Program-made: the position numbers and the translations under genes
Assembly: GCA_951406725.2 (NCBI GenBank)
Contig: OX597817.1
Span: 35,526,001-35,590,000, forward strand
Direction: 5' to 3'
DNA length: 64,000 bases
Source: Octopus vulgaris
Taxonomy: Eukaryota
The notes under the pieces: generated by a model
Database searches by the model: none
The model's input: only the letters and a program-made list of their open reading frames with translations
Told to the model about the DNA's origin: nothing
Shown here: piece by piece, positions 42,087-57,293 of the stretch
How positions within the stretch are numbered: the stretch's first letter is position 1
Layout of the letters: every line of letters begins with the position of its first letter

Positions 42087-42405
42087 GAGGGCGCGTGGCT
42101 TAGTGGTTAGGGCATTCGGCTCATGATCGTAAGGTTGTGAGTTCGATTCCCGGCGACGCGTTGTGTCCTTGAGCAAGACACTTTATTTCACGTTGCTCCA
42201 GTCCACTCAGCTGGCAAAAATGAGTTGTACTTGTACTTCAAAGGGTCAGCCTTGTCACTCTCTGTGTCACGCTGATTATCCCCGAGAACTACGTTAAGGG
42301 TACACGTGTCTGTGGAATGCTCAGCCATTTGCACGTTAATTTCACGAGCAAGCTGTTCCGTTGATCGTATCAGCTGGGACCCTCGTCGTCGTAACCGGCG
42401 GAGTC
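42087..42405 (+). mobile_element. SINE family E, full length
   Basis: Head ggcgcgtggcttagtggttagggcattcggctcatgatcg...gagttcgattccc; flanked by the direct repeat atttacaggaat (TSD). Confidence 0.92.
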
Positions 42406-42517
42406 TTTTTTAATTTACAGGAATACAGCTATAAGAATGTGTGTGCGTGTATATACCTTGATGTCGTGGTGTTCGACATCCCATCAAACGTGTAACGAAG
42501 GCGATAGGATATAAAAT

Positions 42518-42699
42518 TCTTTCTACTAAAGGCAAAGGCCTGAAATCTGTGGGAAGGAGGCTAGTCGATCGCATCGACTCCAGTGTTTCACTGGTACTTA
42601 ATTAATCGACTTCGAAAGGATGAAAGCCAAAGTCGACCTCGACGGAGTTTGAACTCAGAACGTAGCGGCAGACGAAGTACTGCTAAGCATTTTAAGCGG

Positions 42700-42700
<1 letters not shown>
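42518..42700 (-). mobile_element. SINE family B variant, partial
   Basis: ctggtacttaattaatcgacttcgaaaggatgaaagccaaagtcgacctc. Confidence 0.8.
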
Positions 42701-43372
<672 letters not shown>

Positions 43373-43373
43373 G

Positions 43374-43404
<31 letters not shown>

Positions 43405-44557
43405 CTTCTCTTGTCCGCCTTTTTATCGTCTATCTGTCCGAATGTTTTATTGTCCTCTATTCAGGACAAGAAAATAACAACAGGTGTCTTTCGACTGAGA
43501 ACCAGTCTAATTGAGCTGGCGTGTATGAAGTGTAATCCTAAAGGCAGGAACATAGGAGATGGACATGAGAGGTGTTGGCGGTCGGCAGTCAGGCCAAGAA
43601 AGAAAGATCATGGCTGGCTGGACGCCGGTCACGTTGTAGGAGGAGAGATGGGTAGGGGGCAGCGGGATTGAAAGATTAGAAAAAAATCAGAGACAAAGAG
43701 AAAGGTACAGGGAAGATAAACGAGTGGTAAATTGTGAAAGTTAAAGAAAGGGAGGTCAAAGAAATGTGAGCGAGAGGGGGAGCGAGAAAAAGAAAAAAGG
43801 AAGTAAGAGGGGGACTAAAAGATAGAGTAAGAGTCATACAAAATTTAGATACATACGCAGATATGTATCCGAGTAGGTATATACATACGTAGGTATGTAT
43901 CTACTATAAGGTGAGCACAAATGTGTACGTACGCTGCTATATGTATATAAAAATATAAAAATGGAACAATAGAGGACAATAAAGAACAATAAAATAAAAA
44001 CAATACAAAAAATTGGACGAGAACGCAACAGGCGACAACAAGACATCCAGACAGTTAGATGATACAAAAAGGGACAAGAAAATACAAGGACGGGTCATTC
44101 GAAGCTTTCTTTCGTCAGTCGAGTTCCAGATTATTTTTGCAGTTTCGGCTTGTTATACTAAACTCTGCTCCTATTTGGCCGCACGATATAAATACATATC
44201 AGCGACTTTCAGTACAATTTCGTGTGGTCGTTTTCACTATTATTGATGAATGTGACCTAGGAGTTATAAGAAGAAATAAATATTCGCAATGACAGAAACT
44301 GAGTATGAAATCGATAAACGGATAAATCAAATTTGAGGATAAATCAAACAAAGCAGAAATGGAATACATATACACACATAAATACATGCATCCTATGTAT
44401 GTATGTATGTATGTATGTATGTATGTATGTATGTATGTATGTATGTATGTATGTATGTATGTATGTATGTATGTATGTATGTATTATGCATGTATGTATG
44501 TATTATGTATGTATGTATGTGTGTGTATGTGTGTATGTACGTACGTACGTACGTACG

Positions 44558-44602
<45 letters not shown>

Positions 44603-44604
<2 letters not shown>

Positions 44605-44911
44605 GGCGTGTGACTTAGTCGTTAGTATACTCGGCTCACGATCATAAAATCGTGAGTTCGATCCCTGGGGACGCATCGTGTCCTTGAGCAAGACACTTAT
44701 TCCAGGTTGCTCCATTCCGCTCAGCTGGCAAAGATGAGTTGCACCTGTAATTCAAAGGGCCAGCCTTGTTGCATTCTGTGTCACGCTGAATCTTCAGGAG
44801 AACTACGTTAAGGGCACACGTGTCTGTGGAGTACTCAGCCATTTGTACGTTAATTTTTACGAACAGGCTGTTCCGATGATCGGAACCCTCGTTGTCGTAA
44901 CCGACGGAGTG
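44603..44911 (+). mobile_element. SINE family E
   Basis: Matches 42087-42405. Confidence 0.88.
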
Positions 44912-44969
44912 TTAGTAATAAACGTAAAGTATGCAAGTATGTGTGTGTGTGTTTGTGTGCGTGCGTGTT

Positions 44970-45033
<64 letters not shown>

Positions 45034-45677
45034 TGATTGTTTGCAATAGCTCAAGCATTATTTGACATTCCACTGATGATAGGGTGATATCAAATATCTA
45101 AATATCGAATTGTGTTTGTAAAGTAAATATTTGAACATATTTATGTAACATCCAAAACAATGGCAAAAATATCAAACATATGTGTCTCTAAAATAATACA
45201 ATCTATGAAAGATGACATATAAATAGGCCAATATAATACTTCCTAGATGATGTCAAAAGTCTTTATATATTTATTTAATTTACTTTATATGCATTTGCAC
45301 TCAAACATGTTTATAAACACCCCCCAACCATACAAGATGGACTTGCCCATCGAAGACGACGTTAGAATGTTCAGCTATTGCCGAACGATTTGTTAATAGT
45401 GATTTGTCTATAGTGATCAAATGTTCGTGCCGCACATTATCTCATCCTGTCCATCAAATAGACGTTGTCTAAACAGGTGCTCGTAATACCACGCATCGAA
45501 GTGATTGCACAGCAACCTGAGATGAAGAGTTTTGCTCAAGAACATAACTCACCACCTGCTCATATGAGTACATAAATACAATAGAATGGAGAATTATACA
45601 TTTAAATCAAAAAGTCTCTCCACAGTGAATTTTATATATATATATATACACAATGTTCAAAAAGTCTCTCCACAGTG

Positions 45678-45712
<35 letters not shown>

Positions 45713-46070
45713 TAGATAAACTTAGATGTGTTTCGACCAATGATTGGTCCAGGCCATGTCTAACTTAATAGCACCACCTGATAGGATTATTTGAATCCTG
45801 TTTAAGTCAAGTTTTGCTTATGGTCCATTCAAGTAGTGAGTTTTTGTTGGGTGAGTTTTTGTTGGGCGAGGGATCTGTTTCCCTGTTTGAAAACCGGGAT
45901 GACCGACTGGGATAGAAACTGTTTCGGTATATAACCTGCGTCTAACGAATTTCGGAAGATCTATTCAATTTGGCTCACAGACTTTTAAATTCATTTTTTT
46001 AAACCAAACAATTTGAAACTGGCTCCTTCTTCCAAAAATTTCGAGCCTTGTGTCTAGAGTACAAAAAATA

Positions 46071-46373
46071 TTGTTTGTTCCTTCTCGAGCCATCCCTGCC
46101 TCATTAGGGCCAGTTTCCCGCTTCCTTGGCGTATAGGTTCACCACCTGGACGGGACGCGGGTCCGTCGCAAGTGAGCTGCAAGATGCAGGAGGAAAGAGT
46201 GAGAGAAAGTTGTGGCGAAAGAGTCAGCAGAAGTTCTCCATTACTTTCTGCCGGAGCCGCCTGGAGCTTAGGTGTTTCGCTCGTAAACACACACATTGCC
46301 CGGTCTGAGATTCGATCCCGCGATCCTTTGACCGCGTGTCCGCTGCTCTAACCACTAGGCCATGTGCCTTCAC
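46071..46373 (-). mobile_element. SINE family C, full length
   Basis: Matches 14323-14629. Confidence 0.92.
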
Positions 46374-46569
46374 AGAAAAAAAAAATTAGGTATTGACTAT
46401 CTCGAAGAGGTCGACTTTGTCTTTTATCCTTTCAGGGCCAATAAAATAAGTACCAGTTGAGTACTGGTCGATGTAATCAACTCAACCACCACCTCTATTA
46501 CTACTATGATTATTATTATCACTATCATTAACATCATCATTACTATTATCAACATAACCATTCCTACTG

Positions 46570-46835
46570 TTCTTTTATTCTTTTCGTCTTTTACTTGTTT
46601 GTCATTTTGACTGCGGCCATGAGGGAGCACGACCTTTTTAGTCGAGCAAATCGACCCCAGGACTTATTCTTTGTAAGCCTAGTACTTATTCTATCGGTCT
46701 CTTTTGCCGAACCGCTATGTTACGGGGACGTAAACACATCAGCATCGGTTGTCAAGCGATGTTGGAGGGACAAACACAGACACACAAACACACACACACA
46801 CATACATACACACATACACACACACACACACACAC

Positions 46836-46928
<93 letters not shown>

Positions 46929-47090
46929 GACGGGCTTCTTTCAGTTTCCGCCCACCAAATCCACTCACAAGGCTTTGGTCGGTCCGAGGCTATAGTAGAA
47001 GACACTTGCCCAAAGTGCCACGCAGTGGGACTGAACCCGGAACTATGTGGTTGATAAGCAAGCTACATACCAAACAGCCACTCCTGCACC
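46570..47090 (-). mobile_element. SINE family A with expanded internal (CA)n(TA)n
   Basis: Both halves match the reference copy; internal microsatellite of about 145 bp. Confidence 0.92.
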
Positions 47091-47099
47091 CATAACATT

Positions 47100-47253
47100 T
47101 TGGTGAAAGAGTACAGCAGGGTTAGGCACCACCCCCTGTCGGAGCCTCATGGAGCTTTAAGTGTTTTCGCTCAATAAACACACACAACGCCCGCCCTGGG
47201 AATCGAAACCGCGATCCTACGACCGCGAGTCTGTGGTCCTAAGCACTGGGCCA
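47100..47253 (-). mobile_element. SINE family D (C-like head), partial
   Basis: ggtgaaagagtacagcaggg...caccccctg...cgctcaataaacacacacaacgcccg matches 47866-48030. Confidence 0.8.
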
Positions 47254-47659
47254 TTGTTATTGATATTATCATTATTACTACTACTATCCTTATTACTACA
47301 ATTAAGATGGTTGGCTAAATCCATTTCAATAAATTCTCTTAATTTACTAGAATTATGCCCTGGTATAATTTCAGCCAAATTTAACTGTGTCTCTTAAATA
47401 ACTTACCATATTAACTTGGTGGTGGGAAGTGCTTGTATAAAGCTATGCAAAATTTACTTGGTATTTTGGTAGCTATTTGGGCCCCGTACGGGGCATACCA
47501 TGTAACCTGTCTCAAGCAAGCTTTCCGCTTTCTAGGGTTATAGACACCGTTTCCCATGTATGTAGTTACTAGTAAAGATTCGAGGGGAACCATATTCATT
47601 CTTGTGGTTGGAGTCATTCATATTATTTTATTCTTATGACATTAATACTAATATTGATA

Positions 47660-47723
<64 letters not shown>

Positions 47724-47809
47724 TACATACACACACACGCGTATATGTATGCATGTGTACATATATACATATATATATATATATATATTTTTTTTTTTTT
47801 TATTTTTTT

Positions 47810-49214
<1,405 letters not shown>

Positions 49215-49435
49215 TAAATTAGAGATAAAACCACTATTAGGGAAATCAAACAGTGAAAAAAGCCAATGCATAGAAATAAAATTAATTAAAAAATATAAAA
49301 AATATAATATATAAAATATAAAAATCCAATTAAAATATTTAAATTAAAGTTAAAATTTTTAAAAATTATTTAAATTAATAAATTAAACTTATAAATTTTA
49401 AATATATATATATATTTTTTATTATTATTTTATTT

Positions 49436-49472
<37 letters not shown>

Positions 49473-49476
49473 TTGA

Positions 49477-49725
49477 AGCTGTGTGATAGGTTTGCTTTTC
49501 AGTTACATGGTTCTGGGTTCGGTTCCACTGCGTGACACCTTAGGTAAATGCTTTTTACTATAGCTTCGGGCTGACCAAAGTCTTGAGAGTGGATTTGGTA
49601 GACGGAAACTGAAAGAAGCCCGTCGTATATTTATTTATATATCTGTGTGTATGTCTGTGTCTTTGTGCTTGTGTTTGTCCACCACTACCGCTTGACTACC
49701 AATGTTGGGGTGTTTACTTCCCCGT
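49477..49725 (+). mobile_element. SINE family A, diverged and 3'-truncated
   Basis: ttccactgcgtgacaccttagg...gatttggtagacggaaactgaaagaagcccgtcg. Confidence 0.82.
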
Positions 49726-49739
49726 ATCTTGGTAGATGT

Positions 49740-50450
49740 ATGTCATACAAGCAGTCAAGGAACCTTCCGATGCTATTCTTCTACAGAAAGACCTAGATAC
49801 CATATATAAATGAACTGAAGAAAACAACATGCAATTTAATGTAGAAAAATTCGAAGCCCTCTGTCGCCAGCTAACTTGTGCTAACATATCGCAACAACAA
49901 TACTTTGGACAAAAAGGGGCGGCAATTCCAAAGTCAAGTACAATGCATGATTTTGGGATTGATATGTGCAACGGCGACTCGTTTCTTGTACATATCACCA
50001 AGATAGTGGCGATGTACAAACGAATGGCTGGATGAATACTGAGAACTTTCAGAGAAAAGGATCAGGAAACTAAACTGGTTTTATGGAGGACAATTGTTCT
50101 CTGCCTTCTGGACTAAATCTCTCAACTGTGGTCACCTCACAGTGTTAAATTAATGGCGGGACTTGAGGCAGTTCAGCGGTGCTACACCAGGAAGATTGCA
50201 TCAATGGAACAGCCGAGTTACTAGAAGAGACTGAAAGAGTTACGACTCTACTCCTTGGACTGAAGACGGGAGAGGTATGCAGTGATACACGTATGGAAGA
50301 TCGTGGAGAGTTTGGCATCGAGAGCTATACTCGAGTCCGGAGTATACGCCACTGCACTGTTCCAAAGTTTCCAGCTATCGCATCTAGAGTGAGTACCATG
50401 TACAGAAAAAGCTTGGGATTCAATGGCCCACTGCCATTCACTACCTTGCT
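49740..50450 (+). mobile_element. CR1/L2-group LINE RT C-terminal fragment (pseudogene)
   Basis: LQKDLDTIYK*TEENNMQFNVEKF...RMAG*ILRTF...SQLWSPHSVKLMAGLEAVQRCYTRKI...SY*KRLKELRLYSL...RRERY. Confidence 0.85.
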
Positions 50451-51264
50451 AGATGAACCTACATCACGGCAAGAAATTTAAAGAATGCAGCAATGTCGGA
50501 CTCCCTCCTTCACCAAAAGCCAGTCGCATAAGAATAGCCATTGAAAAGGTGATTACACTGGCGATGCTCAGTATAGCCATGGCCTCTGGCCTGAAACGTA
50601 TAGAAGAATAAAAGAATAGAATATATATACATACACATACACGCACGCACGCACGCACGCACATACACACACATATGATGTCTTACAAGTATGTATGAAT
50701 ATGTGTGGGTGTATATACCTACATATATATACACACATATATTGTGATTAAATCCACTGACCTCTGTTTGGTCTATATACTGCTGTGACACAGCTGTACA
50801 AACAAAAGTATATATTAAAAAGAAAAACAATCGCACATTGCATTACTTGGATTAAATCATATACTTTCACAAACTGAAAGGTACTTAGCTACCACCATGA
50901 CTCACGAAAGCTGACCACAGAAAGAAAAGATGATTGCAAAACTTACACATCCTGGAAGCTCTTATATTTGATAAATTTCTGCCGGTGTTGTTTATCAAGT
51001 TCCAAGGAGATTCCTATCATTTTTATGCAATCATTTTATCTGCCTCTTCTCAGCTAAGAACGAATGTACTTTCATTTTGCTCATGAACTTCTGTTTGGTC
51101 ATCAGATCTGAGTGGAATAGCAAACAAGTCTCTCATATCTCCCTCCTTCCCCCTCTTTCTCTTAACCTACCCTACTGTCTTTAAAAATAAAGGAATGTTT
51201 ATTGTGTAATGTAGTATGAAACTATATAAATATGTCTGGAAAAAATAAACGAAAAATGTCATTG

Positions 51265-53820
51265 TAATGTGCCGCTCCTTCCAGCCCTCCAATGTGTGTC
51301 TCCTCCAAGCCCTACAATGTGAGTCCCCTCCCAGTCCTACAATGTGTGTCTCCTACTAGCCATCCAATGTGCGACTCCTTCAAGCCCTACAATGTGTGTC
51401 TCCTCCAAACCCTACAATGTGTGTCTCCTTCCAGCCCTACTCCTAGCCCTACAATATGCCGCTCATTCCAGCACTACAATATGTGTCTCCTTCCAGCCCT
51501 AGAAAGTGTGCCTCCTCCGAGCCCTACAATGTGCGTCTTCTCCCAACCCTACAATGTGTGTCTCATCACAGCCTTATAATGTGCGTCTTCTTCCACTCCT
51601 ACAATGTGTGACATTTCCCAGCCCTATAGTGTGCGTCTCCCAACAATGTATGTCTCATTCAGCTTCTACAATGTGTATCTCATCCCAGCCCTACAATATG
51701 AGCCTACTTCCAGCTCTGCAACTTGTGTTTCATTCTGGTCCAACAATGTGGATTTCCTCCCCGTCCTACAATGTGTATCTTCTTCCAGCCCAACAATACG
51801 TATCTCCACCCAGCCCTACAATGCGCGTCTCCTCCCAGCCCAACAAGATGTGTTTCCTCTCAGCCCAATGTGCATCTTCTCTCAACCTTGCAAAAATGTG
51901 TCTTCTTCCAACCATACAATGTGTGTCTCCTCCTTGCCAACAAACTGTCTATTTGCAACTCTACAATATATGTATCCTTCCAGTTCTATACTGTGGGTCT
52001 CCTTCCAGCCGTACAATGTATGACTACTCCCAGCCCTACAGTATGTCACTCCTTCCAGCACTACAATGAATGTCTCCTTCTAGCCCTAGAATGCGTGCTT
52101 CCTCCGAGCCCTACATTGTATGTCTCCTCACAGCTTTATAATGTGAGTCTTCTTCCACTTCTACAGTGTGTGTCTCCTACCAGCCCTACATTGTGCGCCT
52201 AATCCCAGCCCTGCAACTTATCTCTCATTCAGACTCAACAATGAGTCTCCTCCCCGCCCTACAATGTGCGTCTCCTCCCAGCTCAACAATGTGTGTTTCC
52301 TCCCCGCCCTATGTGTGTTTTATCTCAGCACTACAACATGTGTCTTCTTCCAACCTTAAAATGTGTCTCCTCGCAGCCCTATCATGTGTGCTTCCGCCTA
52401 GCCTTACAATATGTCTCTCCCCCCAACCCCACAATCTATCTTCTTCCAGCCCTACAATATGTGTATACATTCAGCCTTATAATATGTGTCTCCTTCCAGT
52501 TCTATACTGTGGGTCTCCTCCAAGCCCTACAATGTGTGTCTCCTCCCAACCCTACACTGTGTCTCTACACTCAGTCCTGCAGATTTTGTCTCATTCCGGC
52601 CCTACAACGAGGGTGTCCTCCCCGCCCTATGTGTCACTCCTTTCAACCCTACAATACGTGTTTCCTCCCAGCCTTACAATATGCGTCTCCTCCCAATGTG
52701 TGTCCCCTCTCAACTTTGCATCATGTGTCTCTTTCCAGCCCTACAATATGCGTCTCCTCCCAGCCGTACAATGTGTGCCTCCTCCCAAGCCTACAATGTG
52801 TGTTTCCTCCCAACTCTACTATCCGTGGTACATCCTAGCCTTGCAATGTGTGTCTCCTTCTACCGTTACATTGTGTGTCTCCTCCCAGCCTTACAATGTG
52901 CATCTCCTCGCAGCTCTACAAGATGCAACTTGTGTCTCATATCGGCCCTACAATGTGGGTCTCCATCCCGCTCTACAATCTGTAACTCCTACCAGCCCTA
53001 CAATACCTATCTCCTCCCAGCTCTACAATGCGCGTCTCCTCCCAGCCCTTCAATGTGTATCTTCTTTCAGCCCCACAATGTGTGTCTCCTCTCGGCCCTT
53101 CCTGCAATATTTGTCTCCTCCCAGCCCTATTACGTGTGTTTCTTCCCAGCCTTACAATATGTATCTCCTCCCAGCTTACAATCTGTCTCCTTCCAGCCCT
53201 ACAGTATGTGTCCCCTCCCAGTGCAATGTGTTTCTCCTCCTCGCCCTTCAATGTCTGTGTTCTCACAGCCTTTAATGTGTGTCTCCTTCTACTCTTATAA
53301 TGGGTGTCTCCTCATATCTTTACCATAGCTATCTCTTCCCAGCTATCCAATGTGCTGCACCTTCTAGCCCTATATCGTGTATCTCCTCCCAGCCTTTCAA
53401 CTTGTGTTTTATTCCGGCCCTACAATATGTCTCCCCCACAACTCTATAATCTGTGTCTTCTTCCAGCCCTAACATAATGTCTCCGTTCAACCTTACAATA
53501 TATGTTTCCTTCCAGTCCTATAACGTGTGTCTCCTCCAAGCCCTACAATATGTGTCTCCTTCCAGCCCCACAATGTGTGTCTCCACCCAGTCCCACAATG
53601 TGTGTCTGCTCTCAGCCCAACAATTTGTGTCTCATTCGAGCCTTATAGTGTGTCACTCCTCTCAGCCATACAACATGTGCCTCGTTCAAGCCCTGCAATG
53701 TGTGTCTCATCCTTGCCCGACGATGTGTGTCTACTCCCAGCCCTGCAACTTGTATCACATTCTGGCTATGTGCGCTCTCTGAATCCTACAATCTATTCTC
53801 TTCAATCAGCTCTACATTTT
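51265..53820. repeat. Degenerate 25-bp minisatellite, about 100 monomers
   Basis: Consensus CCAGCCCTACAATGTGTGTCTCCTC repeated with substitutions and indels. Confidence 0.95.
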
Positions 53821-54234
53821 GTGCTACTTTGAAGCATATTTACAACAAATCCTTCAGGTTATCAACCTCTTTATAAGCTGAAATCTACAGTGGAACAATT
53901 ATAATTAACTTGTGTGCACGATAGCTAGTTTTATTAACATGCATATCACCGATTAAATCTGTTATTTAGTAAAAATTTTAAATGCTTCACTTCAAATTAT
54001 TTTATGGATGAGGAAACTAGATGACCTTCTCGGATTCCCTGCCTTACCCTTACCCTGTCCTCGCTCCTCTGTTCCGTTGATATTTGGGGAATTTCAGTTG
54101 GGTTAAGAAATTACGTTTCAGCATTCAGAATTTGCGTGACACCCACAGATTTTAGCGTTTTATGTGATTGCCTAGCCCTGCCTAGTGTGTAGCTCCGGCC
54201 CTTCTGAATTCCCCTCCGGCCCATTCTTATACTA

Positions 54235-54846
54235 TATCTCCTCCGCTTCTCTTTCCTCTTCTCCTTCCTCTTCTTCTTCTTCCTCCCCATTTCCCCCTCT
54301 TCTTCCGCCTCGTCCTCCTCCCCATTTCCCCCTCTTCTTCCTCCTCGTCCTCCTCCTCTTCTTCCTCCTCTTCCTCTTATTCCTCCTCCTCCTCTTCTTC
54401 CCCCTCCTCGTCTTCTTCTGCCTCTTTTTCCTCCCCATCTTCCTCCTCTTGCTCCTCTTCCTGTTTCTCATATCTCTCCTCCTCCTCCTCCTCCTCCTCC
54501 TCTTCTTCTTCTTCTTCTTCCCCTTCGCCACCTCCTCTTCCTCATAATCATCATCATTGCCATCATCATCGCCATCCTCCTCCTCCTCCTCGTCATCGTC
54601 GTCGTCGTTGTCGTCATCGTCGTGGTTATGATCCTCCTCCTTCTCCTCCTCCTATTTCTCTTCCTTCTGCTCTTTCTCATCATCATCATCGTCCTCCTCC
54701 TTCTCTGCCTCCTTCTCCTTCTCCTCTTCGTCGTCGTCCTCCTCCTTCTCTTCGTTATAACTATCATCAACTACACATCATGTTCCTCCTGCCCCTTCAC
54801 TTCATCATCATCATAATCCAAATCTTCCTCCTCCTCCTCCTCCTCC

Positions 54847-54886
<40 letters not shown>

Positions 54887-54973
54887 TCATCATCATCATC
54901 ATCATTATCATCATCATGCTCATCATTATTTTCATCCGTCTTACCATTATCCTCTTTTTCATCATCGTCATTG

Positions 54974-55007
<34 letters not shown>

Positions 55008-55010
55008 GCA
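54235..55010. repeat. Compound trinucleotide tract (CCT/CTT/CAT/CGT)
   Basis: Direct observation. Confidence 0.93.
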
Positions 55011-55592
55011 TCTCAATGACAACAAGCGTCATCATCGCAGTCATCGTTTACGTAGCTACCGCAACCGACACTGACATTTCTACCGTTACTGAAGCTAGTG
55101 ATGACGCTTAGTGAGTTTGATGACGTCATTATCTACACCGAAGTCATCGATGATGGAGAAGATGCTATTTTATTTATAGAAGAAGGCGTGAAAATTCTTG
55201 ATATTATTCACATTCGTTCAAATCTATATCTGCCCACACAAACAATGGCTGCTCTTCAACCATCGGTACGTACATGTGCATAAACAGATCGGCTCAGTCT
55301 TTATGTAGTCGTTCAACATGCTAGAAATAGCAGGCAATTTTCTTTCACATCACATTCTACAATTTTAAATAAAAAAAGCATATAGGTGTGACTGTGAGTC
55401 GTGAAGTTCACCTTGCGACCAGGTGGTTCAGGGTTTGATCCTTCTGTATTGTACCTTGGGTGAGTTTCTTTTGCCTTGTACTCGGATGGACGAGTTCACC
55501 AAAAATCTTGAGTGAAAATTGGTACAAATAATGCAGATGATCGTTGCATACATATGCACACATACACACACAGATACACACACGCACGCCCA

Positions 55593-55628
<36 letters not shown>

Positions 55629-55739
55629 GACACCCACACAAACACATACACTCTCTCACACACATACACACACACGTACATATATACATATACACATATA
55701 CAGAGAGAGAGAGAGGGGAGGGGGGAGACAGACAGGCAG

Positions 55740-56119
<380 letters not shown>

Positions 56120-56273
56120 TGAAGGCAGCAGTAGCGAGGACGTAGAAGTAACATTGCAATCATCTGACCTCACGTTGAAGGCTGAGTCTTGTGCTTTCAG
56201 TCGTTTAAACACCTCATGCTGGTCCAACCTTCGGCCAGATGTCTGTAAGCTCGAGACAGACTGATATATGTAA

Positions 56274-56341
<68 letters not shown>

Positions 56342-56380
56342 ATATATATGTATATATATATGTATATATGTATATATGTA

Positions 56381-56436
<56 letters not shown>

Positions 56437-56510
56437 CATATACATATATACATATATATATATATATGTATATACATATGTATATACATATGTATATATA
56501 TATATAGGGG

Positions 56511-56757
56511 GGGGCACATGGCCTAGTGGTTAGAGTTTGAATCTCAGACCGGGCGATGTGTGTATGTTTACGAGAGAAACACCTAAGCACCACGCGGCTC
56601 CGGCAGAATGTAATGGCGAACTTCTGCTGACTCTTTCGCCACAACTTTCTCTCACTCTTTCCTCCTGCATCTTGCAGCTCACCTGCGACGGACCGGCGTC
56701 CCGTCCAGGTGGGGAACCTGGAATAAATCCTGGGGTCGCAAAGCCAAGGAAACCGGA
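56511..56757 (+). mobile_element. SINE family C with head deletion
   Basis: gcacatggcctagtggttagag|tttgaatctcagaccgggcg...gtccaggtggggaacc. Confidence 0.88.
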
Positions 56758-56758
56758 C

Positions 56759-56826
<68 letters not shown>

Positions 56827-56832
56827 TACCTA

Positions 56833-56981
56833 TGACGGGCTTCTTTCGGCTTCCGTCTACCAAATCCACTCAAAAGGCTTTGGTCAGCCCGTGACTATAG
56901 TAGAAGACATTTGCCCAAGGTTCTACGCTGTGGGACTGAACTCGGAACCATATGGTTGGTAAACGAGCTACTTACCACACA
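56833..56981 (-). mobile_element. SINE family A, 5' half
   Basis: gacgggcttctttc...ctacttaccacaca. Confidence 0.85.
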
Positions 56982-56984
56982 AGA

Positions 56985-57290
56985 GCCTGAATCCAGTTGC
57001 AACCGTCGCAATCCAGTTTCCTGTCCACTTGACCATACAATGAATGACTAAATCTATCATATATGAGGCAGAAGTTACTGCAACCCTAAATAATAATACA
57101 ACTGATAAGAAGACCTATATTGAATTATGTGAAGGGGAATTTAAAAATCGCTCTGCCAATCACATAGCTTCCTTCCAACATAGGGACAAAAGTAAAGCTA
57201 CTAAGTTGGCTAGGGATTTTGAAAGATAACGAAACACCGCATGTGGTTAAATGAAAAATAATTGAGAAATCCATACCTTCCACTTCTTTG
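56985..57290 (+). mobile_element. Penelope-like element GIY-YIG fragment
   Basis: CNRRNPVSCPL...TKSIIYEAEVT...KKTYIELCEGEFKNRSANHIASFQHRDKSKATKLA; closely resembles the 6800-7030 peptide. Confidence 0.88.
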
Positions 57291-57293
57291 AAT

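Noticed and set aside
43478-45765. Hairpin+GAAA motifs at about 43480, 44090-44120 and 45720 as hammerheads
   Set aside because: The catalytic core is missing or too altered; at best they are relics
51292-53832. Cys/Pro-rich ORFs up to 369 aa as a real gene, or the array as CRISPR
   Set aside because: All three plus frames are open because the 25-bp unit lacks stops; indels ignore frame; there are no spacers
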